64,000 nt of DNA from Polyangiaceae bacterium (lineage in GTDB: Bacteria > Myxococcota_A > Polyangia > Polyangiales > Polyangiaceae). Within the stretch, counting starts at the first letter, position 1. Each line of letters begins with the position of its first letter. Position numbers and translations under genes: made by a program. The stretch is from the NCBI GenBank assembly GCA_025937785.1, contig JAICQQ010000018.1, positions 3,412 through 67,411 on the forward strand, in the 5' to 3' direction. Below, in pieces: positions 24,953 to 34,804 of the stretch. The notes below the pieces were generated by a model. It ran no database searches. It saw only the letters and a program-made list of their open reading frames with translations, and was not told the DNA's origin.

Positions 24953-26389
24953 CTACGCGACGTCTTGCGAAAGTTCGAGGCTGGCGATGCGACGGTACAG
25001 TGTCGCCCGGCCGATGCCCAGCAGCTTGGCTGCTTTGCTCACGCTGCCCCGCGTGACTCGGAGCGCGCGTTGGATGGCTCTGCGCTCGAGCTCACGCAAG
25101 GGGATCACTTCGTCTTCGGGACCCTCGAGCACGCTGAGCGCGTCGCCCGATTTGGCGGGCCGTGGCGGAATCGTGGGCAGCGCCAGGCGATAGATGTCGG
25201 GGGGCAAGTCGGACAACGTGATGGTTTCGCCGCGGCAGGCGAGCAAGCTGCGGTGCACGACGTTTTGAAGCTCGCGGACATTGCCGGGCCAGTGGTGACG
25301 GCTCAGCGCTTCGAGCGCCTCGGGCGCGATGCTCTTCACCTCGCGGCCGACGTCTTCACTGAGTCGCTGCAGGAAGTTGCCGACCAGGAGCGGGATGTCC
25401 TCTTTTCGGTCCCTCAGCGGCGGCAGCATGATGGGATACACCACCAGCCGAAAGTACAGATCTTCGCGGAAGCGCCCAGCTTCGACCTCGGCCTTCAGGT
25501 TGCGATGCGTGGCGCACACGATGCGCACGTCGACCGGGATATCGCTGGAACCACCAACGCGCCGAATCGTCTTTTCTTGGAGGGTTCTGAGCAACGACGC
25601 CTGCGTTGCCAGGCTCATTTCGCCCAGCTCGTCCAGCAGCAGCGTGCCCCCGTGTGCCTGCTCGAAGCGGCCGCGACGCATGTGAGTCGCGCCGGTGAAG
25701 GCACCGCGTTCGTGACCGAACAGCTCCGACTCTTGCAGGGATTCTGGGATACCCGCACAGTTGATGGCGACGAAGGGTTGGCGCCTGCGGGAGCCGCCGG
25801 AGTGGATAGCGCGCGCGACGAGTTCTTTCCCGGTGCCGCTCTCACCGAAGACACACACGGCGACATCGCTTTCGAGGACGCGCTCGACTTGATGCGCGAG
25901 CTCGCGCATCGCGGGGCTGTGCCCGATGATGGATCCGAGCACGTCGCGTTCCGTGAGCGCGCTTTCGAGTCGATGGACGTTGCGCACCAGCTCGCGGCGT
26001 TCGCTCGCCCGATGGATAGCGTGGAGCAGCCGGTTGCCGTCGAGTGGCTTGGTGACGTAGTCGTAGGCACCCGCCCGCATGGCTTCGACGGCGGTCTCGA
26101 CTTCGCGCTGTGCGGTGACCACGATCAGGGGTAGCTCGGCGTCACGAGCGTGCAGATGTTGGAGTACTTTCAGCCCGGGCACGTCCCCCAGACCGAGATC
26201 GACGCACGCGATCGCGGGAACCTCGCCGTCGTCCTCCAGAACCTCGCGCCCCCCGCAGTACTCTTTGGCCCTGTAGCCTGCCTGCTCGAGCCAGAACCGC
26301 ATCATGCGTCGAGCCGCCGGGTCGTCCTCGACGATCGCTATGGGGCCCATTTGGGAGGGAGATAACTTAGGGTGCGCCAGGTCGCCCAT
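24953..26389 (-). CDS. sigma-54-dependent response regulator (NtrC family: REC + AAA+ + Fis-type HTH)
   Basis: REC (IAIVEDDP..ACVDLGLGD), Walker A FGESGTGKE, sigma-54 contact loop ERGAFTGA, C-terminal HTH AAKLLGIGRATLYRRI. A GAGGAAA-like SD precedes ATG 26389. Confidence 0.9.
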   Translation of the reverse strand: MGDLAHPKLSPSQMGPIAIVEDDPAARRMMRFWLEQAGYRAKEYCGGREVLEDDGEVPAIACVDLGLGDVPGLKVLQHLHARDAELPLIVVTAQREVETAVEAMRAGAYDYVTKPLDGNRLLHAIHRASERRELVRNVHRLESALTERDVLGSIIGHSPAMRELAHQVERVLESDVAVCVFGESGTGKELVARAIHSGGSRRRQPFVAINCAGIPESLQESELFGHERGAFTGATHMRRGRFEQAHGGTLLLDELGEMSLATQASLLRTLQEKTIRRVGGSSDIPVDVRIVCATHRNLKAEVEAGRFREDLYFRLVVYPIMLPPLRDRKEDIPLLVGNFLQRLSEDVGREVKSIAPEALEALSRHHWPGNVRELQNVVHRSLLACRGETITLSDLPPDIYRLALPTIPPRPAKSGDALSVLEGPEDEVIPLRELERRAIQRALRVTRGSVSKAAKLLGIGRATLYRRIASLELSQDVA

Positions 26390-26613
26390 CTTGTCTTTCC
26401 TCAGTAACGCCCACTTGCCTGTGCACTTTAGGCTCCAGCCCAACCGGAAAACCCGGGAACTGGCGCGTTCGTAGGCCAGGGACCGAAGCTACGCAAGAGT
26501 CGAGGTAGGGGAAGGGGGAACGCCCGGCCGCTGACCAGCGCGGAACGGCCGTACATTCCGCAGATTCTGCCCGTGGATTCTGCGGCAGCGAACGTGTAGC
26601 TTAGTATCTTACC

Positions 26614-27147
26614 ATGAATGTCAAGACCCAAACCATAGCGCGTTTGCGCGATGCCTTGCTGGAGAGCGGGCGTCGCCCCAGCACGGTTTTGAGCAGCGCC
26701 TACGAGGCTTTGACGCGTGCAGCTCTGCTCAGCCCCGAAGAGATGGCAGCCCTCAATCGCGTCGATCCACTCGCCGAGACGATGTTCTTGATGATGGCCG
26801 TGGACGGCAAGGTAGCAGAGATCGAACGCGACGCGGTGCGTGGTGCGATCCGCGGCCTGACCGACAACGTGCTCCGCACGGGCACGATCAACGTGATGCT
26901 CGAAACCTACGCGGAACGACTCGCGGCACAGGGGCGCGACCAAAGGCTCCACGAAATCGCGGAAGACATCGCGGACGCGCCGAGCGAGGCCGAAGGAGCC
27001 TTCGCGCTCGCCGCGGCGGTGGCGTACGCAGACGACGAGATCGACGCGTCAGAGAACGAATTCATCAATCAACTCGCCGACTGGTTGGGTATTTCGCCCG
27101 CCCGTGCCGAACAAATTCTCGATCAGCTGGAGCAAGACCAGCCTTAG
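26614..27147 (+). CDS. TerB-like (tellurite-resistance/DjlA-N fold) protein
   Basis: Two TerB-like half sites: MMAVDGKVAEIERD and AVAYADDEIDASENEFINQLA. 177 aa, acidic. Confidence 0.55.
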   Translation: MNVKTQTIARLRDALLESGRRPSTVLSSAYEALTRAALLSPEEMAALNRVDPLAETMFLMMAVDGKVAEIERDAVRGAIRGLTDNVLRTGTINVMLETYAERLAAQGRDQRLHEIAEDIADAPSEAEGAFALAAAVAYADDEIDASENEFINQLADWLGISPARAEQILDQLEQDQP

Positions 27148-27155
27148 CCAGGCGG

Positions 27156-28244
27156 TCAGCGGCTGACCCGCTCGAGCAGCAGCAGGTGCTCGCTGCGGCC
27201 GCGCGCGCGGTAGGCCTGACGGCTCTGCTCGTGAAAATTCGGGCGCTCTTGGGACGCGGTCATCACTAGCTTCAGGGGTAGCTCCCCCGTCCATTCGGCG
27301 ATGAGCCGATCCGCGCGCAGCGCTTGACCCGCCACGGCACTGTCAGCGACGATCAAGACCGCCTGGCCGCCTGGGCGCAGCACGCGGCCCATCTCGCGCA
27401 GGCAGGGGACGAACTCCGAGCGCCAGCGGGCCTTCGCCGCGCCGAAGTCGAGCGCTTCGTAGTTGCGGCGCGCACCGATTTCCCGAGTCCGGAAGGTCGC
27501 GCCGTCCAGCTCCAAGAACTTCAGTCTCAGTCGGTGGTGCTCGAGGTAGTCGAACACGCCTGGGTATGGCGGAGAGGTGACGACCAGATCCACGCTGCCG
27601 TCGCCGAGCACCGACAGCTGGCGAGCGTCGCGCTCGTAGAACTTCGGCTTGGGTGCGCTCGCGGGTAAGGTGCGCTCGTACTCGAGGATCTGTTGGGTAA
27701 GCTCGCTGACTTTCTTGCCGAACAGGTCGATGGTGAACCCGGAGCGCAAGCGCGGGGCCACGACCTTCTTCGACGTGTCGCTCTCTTGGTTGCTGACCTT
27801 GGTGAGCAACGACGAGAACACCAAGAGCAGGGCACGGCGCACCCGGGTATCCCCGACCGCCTGCACCGCTTGTCGCAAGCTGTCGAGCTCGAGCAGCACG
27901 TGGATGGGAAAGGCCCGACGCGTCGCCTGCGGATAGGACTGCAGCGGCCCGGCCTTGGCGAGACGCCGGTCTTCTGCGTACTCGACGGCGCCCGCGGCCG
28001 TGGCGCGCAAAGCCTCGAGAAAATCCCGGGGGGGGGCCAGCGTCTTCAGCCAACACAGCTCGAGGGCGAGCGGGTTCAAGTCGGAGCCAATGCCGCGACG
28101 TCCCAGCCGGCGCGCTTCTACCAGCGATGTGCCGCTGCCGCAGAAAGGGTCGAGCACTACCGCGCCCGGCTGCGATAGGCCCTCGATCACGCTCGCGGCG
28201 GTGATCGGATGCAGGCGCGCAGGGTAGCTGTGGAAGCCGTGCAC
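27156..28244 (-). CDS. SAM-dependent DNA methyltransferase-like protein (N6-adenine/N4-cytosine type motifs), no restriction partner visible
   Basis: Motif I DPFCGSGTSLVEARRLGRRGIGSDLNP, and about 190 aa later motif IV VVTSPPYPGVFDY. The ORF extends to 28568, but that part overlaps gdh. The first usable start after the gdh stop is GTG 28244 (VHGFHSYPARLHP). The start is uncertain. Confidence 0.65.
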   Translation of the reverse strand: MHGFHSYPARLHPITAASVIEGLSQPGAVVLDPFCGSGTSLVEARRLGRRGIGSDLNPLALELCWLKTLAPPRDFLEALRATAAGAVEYAEDRRLAKAGPLQSYPQATRRAFPIHVLLELDSLRQAVQAVGDTRVRRALLLVFSSLLTKVSNQESDTSKKVVAPRLRSGFTIDLFGKKVSELTQQILEYERTLPASAPKPKFYERDARQLSVLGDGSVDLVVTSPPYPGVFDYLEHHRLRLKFLELDGATFRTREIGARRNYEALDFGAAKARWRSEFVPCLREMGRVLRPGGQAVLIVADSAVAGQALRADRLIAEWTGELPLKLVMTASQERPNFHEQSRQAYRARGRSEHLLLLERVSR

Positions 28245-28357
28245 GTGCGGCCGAGCTCCGCGCGGATCGACGCGCAGAGCTTGCGTGGCGACGGCCTGTT
28301 CCGCAGGCGAGCCACCGGTAAAGCGAACGACCCCGCCGACGTGGGTGAGGGCGCGCC

Positions 28358-29593
28358 TCAGCCGAGCCCCCGCAGGTCGGTGGCGTTCTTTACCCGGCGC
28401 ACCCCGAGGGCGAACGCTGCCGTCCGCATCGAACAGCGGAACTCTTCCTGAAGTTTGACCACGGCTCGATGGGCATCGACCATGTGGCGCTCGAGCGATG
28501 TGTTGACTTGCTCTTCGCTCCACGTGGTCTTCTGCGTGTTCTGTGTCCACTCCATGTAGCTCACGCACACGCCGCCGGCGTTGGCGTAGATGTCCGGGAT
28601 GCAGACGATGCCGCGTTCGTTGAAGATCTCGTCGGCCTCGAAGGTGGTCGGGCCGTTGGCGGCCTCGAGGATGTACTTGGCGCGCACGTCACGTGCGTTC
28701 TGTTGCGTCAAGACGTGCCCGAGTGCGGCTGGGACGAGGACGTCGCAGTCGGTCGTGAGCAGCGCTTCGTTCGAGATGGGCTCGGTGCCCGGCATGCCCA
28801 CGACACTGCCCGTCTCTGCGACGTGGTCGTTCACTCGAGGAATGTCGAGGCCGTCCCCGTTGAAGATGCCGCCCTTGACGTCGCTGACCGCGATCACCTT
28901 GGCGCCTTGCTCGAACAGCAACTTGGCGAGCCAGCCGCCGACATTGCCGAACCCCTGAATCGCAAAGCGCATTCCCGTCAAAGTGGCGCCCGCGAGGTGC
29001 AACACCTCACGGATGGCGAACAGGCAGCCGCGGCCGGTAGCCGCGTCTCGCCCCAGCGAGCCGTGCAAGTCGACGGGCTTGCCCGTCACGACCGCGGGCG
29101 AAAACCCGTGGTACTTGCTGTACTCGTCGAACATCCAACTCATTACCCTGGCGTTCGTGTTCATGTCCGGCGCCGGGATGTCCAAATCGGGGCCGATCGC
29201 GATCATCACGCTCTGCGTGAAACATCGAGTGAGGCGCTGCAGCTCGCGTTGCGAAAGCTGATTTGGATCGACCTGGATGCCGCCCTTGGCACCACCGAAC
29301 GGCACGTTGACGACCGCGGTCTTCCAGGTCATCAGGCTCGCCAGCGATCGCACCTCGTCGAGGTCGACGTCGGGGTGGTAGCGCAGCCCGCCTTTGAACG
29401 GACCTCGCGAATCGTCGTGTTGCACGCGGTAGCCGATGTAGTTTCCGATGGTACCGTCATCCATCTGGATCACCAGCTCGACCCTGAGTTCGCGAGAGGG
29501 TGTCCAGAGCAGCGTCTTGTAGCTGTGGTCGAGCCGAAGGACGTCGAAGGCTAGCTGTAGATATCGGTTGGTCGTTTCGTATGCCCCTGCCAT
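28358..29593 (-). CDS. gdhA: NAD(P)-dependent glutamate dehydrogenase
   Basis: 411 aa. VPFGGAKGGI catalytic-Lys motif, GFGNVG Rossmann motif, typical ~45-kDa Glu/Leu/Phe/Val dehydrogenase length. Confidence 0.93.
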   Translation of the reverse strand: MAGAYETTNRYLQLAFDVLRLDHSYKTLLWTPSRELRVELVIQMDDGTIGNYIGYRVQHDDSRGPFKGGLRYHPDVDLDEVRSLASLMTWKTAVVNVPFGGAKGGIQVDPNQLSQRELQRLTRCFTQSVMIAIGPDLDIPAPDMNTNARVMSWMFDEYSKYHGFSPAVVTGKPVDLHGSLGRDAATGRGCLFAIREVLHLAGATLTGMRFAIQGFGNVGGWLAKLLFEQGAKVIAVSDVKGGIFNGDGLDIPRVNDHVAETGSVVGMPGTEPISNEALLTTDCDVLVPAALGHVLTQQNARDVRAKYILEAANGPTTFEADEIFNERGIVCIPDIYANAGGVCVSYMEWTQNTQKTTWSEEQVNTSLERHMVDAHRAVVKLQEEFRCSMRTAAFALGVRRVKNATDLRGLG

Positions 29594-29834
29594 GGAAGCT
29601 CCTCTGCTCTGGTTTCTGGGTGCTCGAGTCGAGCGTGCACGGACGCGCCGGAGTACCGCCTCTAGCGTTGCCCTGCACGCTGGCGCATGGCTAGCTGAAA
29701 ATGTTGCAAGTGTTCGGCCGGAGCCGAAATTCGGTCCGGCAGCGAATCCGGCTTCCCCCTTCCTGTGCCGGTCGAGCGCTCGTTCCGCCCGAAGATCCGG
29801 GGCAACTCGCGAAGTTCGGTGCTAGAACGGCGGC

Positions 29835-30491
29835 GTGAAACCCGCGGTCCTCGCTCAACTCGGCTTCATCGTCCTTGCGGCCTTCGCCGTGTATGCGTTC
29901 GTCGCCACCGCGCGCGATGGTGAAGGACGCCGTGCTTGCACACCTTTGTGCACCATGCGCCCGAACTACGCAGGCAACAACCGGCTGGCGCCGGACTTCG
30001 AGCTCGCGAACCTCGAAGGCAAGAAGGTGCGGCTCAGCGACTACCGCGGGGAGGTCGTGATCCTGAACTTCTGGACCAAGACTTGCCGGCCTTGCCTCGA
30101 AGAGCTCCCGTCGCTCGGGGATCTGGCGAAGGTGCTGAAACGTCAGAAGGGCATGCACCTCGTCACGATTTGCACCGACGAGACAGCGGCTGACGCGAAA
30201 GAAACCTTGAAATCGGTGATGGGCGCTGACGTGCCGTTCGAAGTGCTGATGGATCCCGACTCGAAGGTCGTGTCCGACAAGTACGGCACCACCCTCTACC
30301 CGGAGACCTGGTTCATCGATCCACAGGGGGTGATCCGGGCCCGCATCGACGGTCAGCGAGACTGGGCGACCGCCTTGACGATCGACCTCGCCAAGAGCTT
30401 GGCCAATCCGCTGGCGTGCGACATCTCGTTCACGAAGGGTGTCGCGAGCGGTTCACAATCGGCATTCTGCGACGAGTTGAATCCGAGCTAA
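29835..30491 (+). CDS. TlpA-like thiol:disulfide oxidoreductase (redoxin)
   Basis: N-terminal membrane anchor, then VILNFWTKTCRPCLEELP (CxxC thioredoxin fold). Confidence 0.85.
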   Translation: MKPAVLAQLGFIVLAAFAVYAFVATARDGEGRRACTPLCTMRPNYAGNNRLAPDFELANLEGKKVRLSDYRGEVVILNFWTKTCRPCLEELPSLGDLAKVLKRQKGMHLVTICTDETAADAKETLKSVMGADVPFEVLMDPDSKVVSDKYGTTLYPETWFIDPQGVIRARIDGQRDWATALTIDLAKSLANPLACDISFTKGVASGSQSAFCDELNPS

Positions 30492-30557
30492 CACGCTCTC
30501 CGCTCGTTCGAAGCTTTCGCCGGTGACTAATACCCAGCGAACGGGCACGATCCGCCA

Positions 30558-32090
30558 ATGCGTAGCAGACACGGTTGGGCGGCAATCGGGGTCGTTGCGA
30601 CCCTAGTGGCTTGCGGCGGCGGCTCAGGCGGCGGCGGCTCGCGGAGCAGCGAGGGAGCGGGCGGTTCGCGCGCCGACGGCGGCAGCGGCGGCGGCGGTAC
30701 GCACGCTAGCGGTGAAGCGGGCACGGCGGGGGCTAGCGAGAGCAGTGCTGGTGGGAGCACTGGTGCCGGTGGCAGTGGCGTTGGTGGCGGAGGAGCCGGC
30801 GGGAGCACTGGAGGTGGTGGAGCTGATGGCTCTGGAGGTGGAGGCGCTGGGGGCTCTGGAGGTGGAGGCGTAGGCGGCACTGGCGGCGGTGCAGGCACTG
30901 GCGGCGGTGCAGGCACTGGCGGCGGTGCAGGCACTGGCGGCGGTGCAGGCACTGGCGGCGTGGCGGCCGGTGGCGCTGGCGGCAACGGTGGTGCTGGCGG
31001 TACCGATAGTTGCACGAGCCCCGGCCGCGAGCCGTGCGAATGGGACGCGTTCGCCGGGCTCGCCTGCGACGCGCCCAGCTGTTGCGGCGAAGTGAGCTGC
31101 GTCGAAGAGCGTTGCCTCGACGTCTGCGGCACCGACACGACGGGGCTCGATACGCTCGCGCCCGACTTCCATGTGCTCGCCCAGTTCTGCGGCGTCACTG
31201 GTTCGGTGAGCATCGTGCGGGGCGACGCAGGCTGTGAGCGACCCGCGGTGTATCGGCTCGAGTCGTTCTACAACCTCGACGAGGATAGTTTCCCCGTAAC
31301 CATTACCCGCTTCGAACCGTCGGTGCGAAGCACGCGCCTCCCGGGCGAAGTCGTTCAGAGCCTCACCTGGCCGTCGCCGGGTGGACCCGGAAACATCTCG
31401 CCTGCCACGTTCGCGGTCAGTCCCAGCGAAACCAAGGCGCTCCTCACCCTGACGCTCGACAACTACGACAGCACCTCGATCGAGCTCGACCTCGACACCG
31501 GCGCCACGCGCACGCTCGAAGGGCACCTGACCGATCGCGTCCTGTGGCTCGACGACGAGCACTACTTGACCTGCTCGGTCGCCTTGGGTACGCCCGCCCC
31601 GACTTCATCCGAGGGGATCTACTACGTGGATGCGAGCGGAGCCGAGCTCGTGCCCACGTTCGTCGCCGGGCGTCTGCAGTGCTTGGCGCTCGGTATGGTC
31701 GACGATCATGTGATCGTCGGCGGCTCTCCGATCGTGGGCGGCACCGACCCGGCACTAGCGGTGGTTCCCCTCGGGCTGATCGACGATGTGGTTTCGGGCA
31801 ATCGCGACCCCATCGATCTCTACACCGACGCCGGCGTCCAGCGCATTGCTCGCGAGGTTTGGGAGCTTCAAGGCCACTTTCCAGCGGGGCGTTGGTTCGT
31901 CTCGCCGGCTAACCCGGACTACACCGAGTATCGCATCGAAGCGTTGAGCCTCGAAGCCGGTGAGCTCGCCTTCGGACCCGCGACGCAGCTCGGCGTGCCC
32001 GGCCTCGCCGGCTTCACGCCACTGGATGCCGGCAGCGATCGGCTGATGATGGTGGACTACACGGCGGCGTACCTCGTCGACTTCAAGTGA
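30558..32090 (+). CDS. lipoprotein, hypothetical (150-aa Gly-rich linker, Cys-rich knot, C-terminal beta-rich domain)
   Basis: Lipobox VATLVACGGG. Long GGxGG low-complexity region including 4 x GTGGGA. The antisense Pro-rich ORF (30527..31213) is its shadow. Confidence 0.6.
   Translation: MRSRHGWAAIGVVATLVACGGGSGGGGSRSSEGAGGSRADGGSGGGGTHASGEAGTAGASESSAGGSTGAGGSGVGGGGAGGSTGGGGADGSGGGGAGGSGGGGVGGTGGGAGTGGGAGTGGGAGTGGGAGTGGVAAGGAGGNGGAGGTDSCTSPGREPCEWDAFAGLACDAPSCCGEVSCVEERCLDVCGTDTTGLDTLAPDFHVLAQFCGVTGSVSIVRGDAGCERPAVYRLESFYNLDEDSFPVTITRFEPSVRSTRLPGEVVQSLTWPSPGGPGNISPATFAVSPSETKALLTLTLDNYDSTSIELDLDTGATRTLEGHLTDRVLWLDDEHYLTCSVALGTPAPTSSEGIYYVDASGAELVPTFVAGRLQCLALGMVDDHVIVGGSPIVGGTDPALAVVPLGLIDDVVSGNRDPIDLYTDAGVQRIAREVWELQGHFPAGRWFVSPANPDYTEYRIEALSLEAGELAFGPATQLGVPGLAGFTPLDAGSDRLMMVDYTAAYLVDFK
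30876..30960 (+). repeat. 4.7 x 18-bp perfect tandem repeat (ggcactggcggcggtgca) inside CDS, encoding GTGGGA units
   Basis: Read directly. Four identical units plus a partial fifth. Confidence 0.9.
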
Positions 32091-32476
32091 GTTCTCCTCC
32101 CAAAAATTCCCGCGTCTTACAAGCTTCCACCCGAATTCGAGGATGACCGTGCGGCGTGCGTTTTGACAGCGGTGCAGCAGGCCCTCGGAGAGCTGTGTGA
32201 GTCGCTGGCAAGCCTGGAGCGGCAGCGTGCGCTCGCCTTCGAAGTGGGCGGTGTGCGGCTCGCCGAGATCGAGATGCGCTTGGCGCAGGCCCACACGCGT
32301 TGAGTCGTGCGCTCGTTGAATCCACCTCGGCCCCAGACCCTTCGACTGCGACCGCGGCGAGTTCGTGACCCCAAGCAAATACTACTTCGCGACAGGAGCC
32401 CGACTTTCTCATCCACTTCGCCAAGAAAATGCACGTGAGCCCGCACCGGGCTCGTCGGTGAGCTCGTGGCGGTGCG

Positions 32477-33607
32477 CTAGCTGACGTCGGAGAGCAGGGG
32501 GAACCGAATGGTAGCCACCGTTCCTCCTCCGGGCCGGGGAGCGAGGTCCAATGTGCCCCCGTGCTTGTGAACGATCGAGTGCGCGATGCTCAACCCCAAT
32601 CCAGTCCCTTCACCGATGGGCTTGGTAGTGAAGAACGGTTCGCGCACGCGGTCGCGCAGATCCGCGGGGATACCGTGCCCTGAGTCAGCCACCGTGATGA
32701 CGAAGTCCCCCACGTCGCGCGCGGTCGTAAGCCAGATCGTGCCGGATTCGTGGATCGCGTCCATGGCGTTCGCGACGAGGTTCATCACCGCCTGATTGAT
32801 GAGGCTTGGATAACAATCGACGAGGTCCGGCTCGCCAAATTCCGCTAGGATGTCGATTCTGCCCAAGCAGCGGTGTTCGACGATTGTGAGGACGGATTGA
32901 ATGGATTCGCGCATGCTGACGACCTTCCGCTCACCCTCGTCGAGGCGGGAAAAGGTTCTCAGTTTCACGACCAGGTGTTTGATCCGCTGTGCCCCGAGCT
33001 CACTTTCGTGGAGCCGGTTCATTGCTCGGTCAAGCAATTCTGCGGCGGCTACTGTGACGGTCGTCCCAAGTTCCGTGCGGGCGCGCGACAGACACTTTTC
33101 GATGGTCTTGAGGTGCGAGATGATGAAGGCAAGAGGGTTGTTGATCTCGTGAGCGATGCCGGCGACGAGCTCGCCCAGCGAAGCCATCTTGGCCGCCTGG
33201 ATGAGCTGCGTCTGCTTCTGCTTCAGCTCGGTGTTGGTCGTCGCGAGCACTTCGTTCAAGCGCAAGAGCTCGAGGTTGGCCTCCCGGTACCCACGGAAAG
33301 ACATTTCGAAAGGGGACAGGAACTCGCGGTAGAAGTTGGTGATCGCAAGCGCAACGACGGATTGCTCGGCCGGCGACGCCGTCAATACGGCGTCACGAAA
33401 CGCGGCGTCATACAGCAGCAGGACGTCTAGGATGCCGAAGTCCGCGGCGAGCGCTTGCCGGCCGAGATCGTAGGCTCGGCTGAGCGACTCTTCTGTTTCC
33501 TCGTTCAGATGCTCGGCCAGGGCCTGCCTGTAGGCGTGGTCCAAGTTATCGTTCATCGCAGCCCACCATCCGGTATGACGGACGCTTTCCTTCTGCGGGC
33601 CGCTCAC
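32477..33607 (-). CDS. cytoplasmic sensor histidine kinase
   Basis: H-box [17 protein letters not shown]-box [11 protein letters not shown]1 DSGHGIP, G2 GTGLGLSI. No TM segment. The start may be 33556. Confidence 0.9.
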   Translation of the reverse strand: MSGPQKESVRHTGWWAAMNDNLDHAYRQALAEHLNEETEESLSRAYDLGRQALAADFGILDVLLLYDAAFRDAVLTASPAEQSVVALAITNFYREFLSPFEMSFRGYREANLELLRLNEVLATTNTELKQKQTQLIQAAKMASLGELVAGIAHEINNPLAFIISHLKTIEKCLSRARTELGTTVTVAAAELLDRAMNRLHESELGAQRIKHLVVKLRTFSRLDEGERKVVSMRESIQSVLTIVEHRCLGRIDILAEFGEPDLVDCYPSLINQAVMNLVANAMDAIHESGTIWLTTARDVGDFVITVADSGHGIPADLRDRVREPFFTTKPIGEGTGLGLSIAHSIVHKHGGTLDLAPRPGGGTVATIRFPLLSDVS

Positions 33608-33637
33608 GAACTCTGTCGCGCGGACCTTCTTGACGGC

Positions 33638-34057
33638 TCATTGCGACCATTTCTTCATCGTGACCGTGGTTCCAACGCCACATTTCGATTCGAGCTCGAA
33701 CTCATCGACCAGGCGCTTTGCCCCCGGTAGTCCGAGTCCCAATCCGGTGCCGGTCGAATAGCCGTCGCGCATCGCGGCCGCGGGGTCTTCGATCCCCGGC
33801 CCGTGATCTTCGGCGGAGATCAGCAGACCGCGCCGCCCCCCTTCATCGAGGCCACGCAGCAACACCGTACCCTTCTGAGCGTAAATCACGATATTGCGAG
33901 CCACCTCCGAAATCGCCGTCGCCAAAAGCGCCTGATCGGTACTCGAGAATCCCAGCATTCGGGCCAACTCGCGTCCTCGCTGCCGAGCGATGACGATGTC
34001 CCGCTCGCTTTCGATCGGAACGTTGACCTCCGCTGACAGGGACGGTGTCAGCGCCAC
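33638..34057 (-). CDS. anti-sigma regulatory factor-type Ser/Thr kinase (RsbW/SpoIIAB-like HATPase)
   Basis: ISEVARNIVIYA (N-box-like), ISAEDHGPGIED, GTGLGLGLPGAKRLVDEF. 139 aa. Lies 30 nt upstream of the histidine kinase. Confidence 0.8.
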   Translation of the reverse strand: MALTPSLSAEVNVPIESERDIVIARQRGRELARMLGFSSTDQALLATAISEVARNIVIYAQKGTVLLRGLDEGGRRGLLISAEDHGPGIEDPAAAMRDGYSTGTGLGLGLPGAKRLVDEFELESKCGVGTTVTMKKWSQ

Positions 34058-34181
34058 CTAGCGCGCTCTCCGTTACCAATTGGTCCCCCTCCAACCTCCT
34101 TCATGGAAGCATCCCCGCTGTTCATCCAGTGACAGGGACTAGCGTAGCGTGGCCATGCGCCAGCTCACAAGCGCATGGTCT

Positions 34182-34235
34182 CAATCGTCGGGTTTGAATC
34201 GCCGGGCCTCAACCGCCCGGACGTCAATCGCCGGG
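34182..34235. promoter_or_regulatory. three copies of (C/G)AATCG(T/C)CGGG in the long intergenic region upstream of the RsbW-like/HK operon
   Basis: caatcgtcggg (34182), gaatcgccggg (34196), caatcgccggg (34225). A CCGGGC/GCCCGG hairpin lies between copies 2 and 3. Confidence 0.3.
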
Positions 34236-34804
34236 CGTCGCCGTCGTGGATGCTTCAGAAACTTTAGAGCATCTTGACTGCGATCGTCCACCGCGAGGCT
34301 TTCTGCACCGGGGTCGAGTGGCGACATCCGCCAGGTTGGTCCGTGGGCTACAGCGTGTTCACAGTTTTGGTAGAACACCGCCCCTCTCGGGCGTTACCGA
34401 AGTCCTCGCTACTTCATAGAAGACAGTTTCACGCACGCTCCATGCGGAGCTTGCGCTAGCGCTTTCCTCTCCACAGAGGTTGTGCGTGTCCACGTGCTTC
34501 GCGGCGACGTGAGGCCGGTACCGCACGATGCGGACCTTATGGCGTGCACACAGCCGGCGATGCCGGCTGAGCTGTACACCGAGACCCGCGCGCGCGATCA
34601 GCGTGCCAGCGAAGCTGGAATCGGGTCCAGCGTGCACGAGGCCCCCTTCGAATGGAGTGCGAGCACGCTTCCGGCGAGGCAGCTCAGCTGCGCCCACGCG
34701 ACCGATGACCGAAGCTCACGGAAACCGCCACGTGATGAAGCGGCCGGTTCGACCCTTTAGCAACGTGGCGCCTGACCGTTAGCGCGACAGGAGGGAGAAT
34801 ACCG

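Noticed and set aside
28245-28568. 5' extension of the methyltransferase ORF
   Set aside because: It would overlap the last ~70 codons of the well-supported gdh gene on the same strand. The translation is Arg/His/Gly-rich.
30527-31213. Pro-rich 228-aa ORF (PPAPPPVPAPPP...)
   Set aside because: It is the reverse complement of the Gly-rich (GGC/GGT) linker of the lipoprotein gene 30558..32090, which has a proper lipobox and a non-repetitive C-terminal domain.
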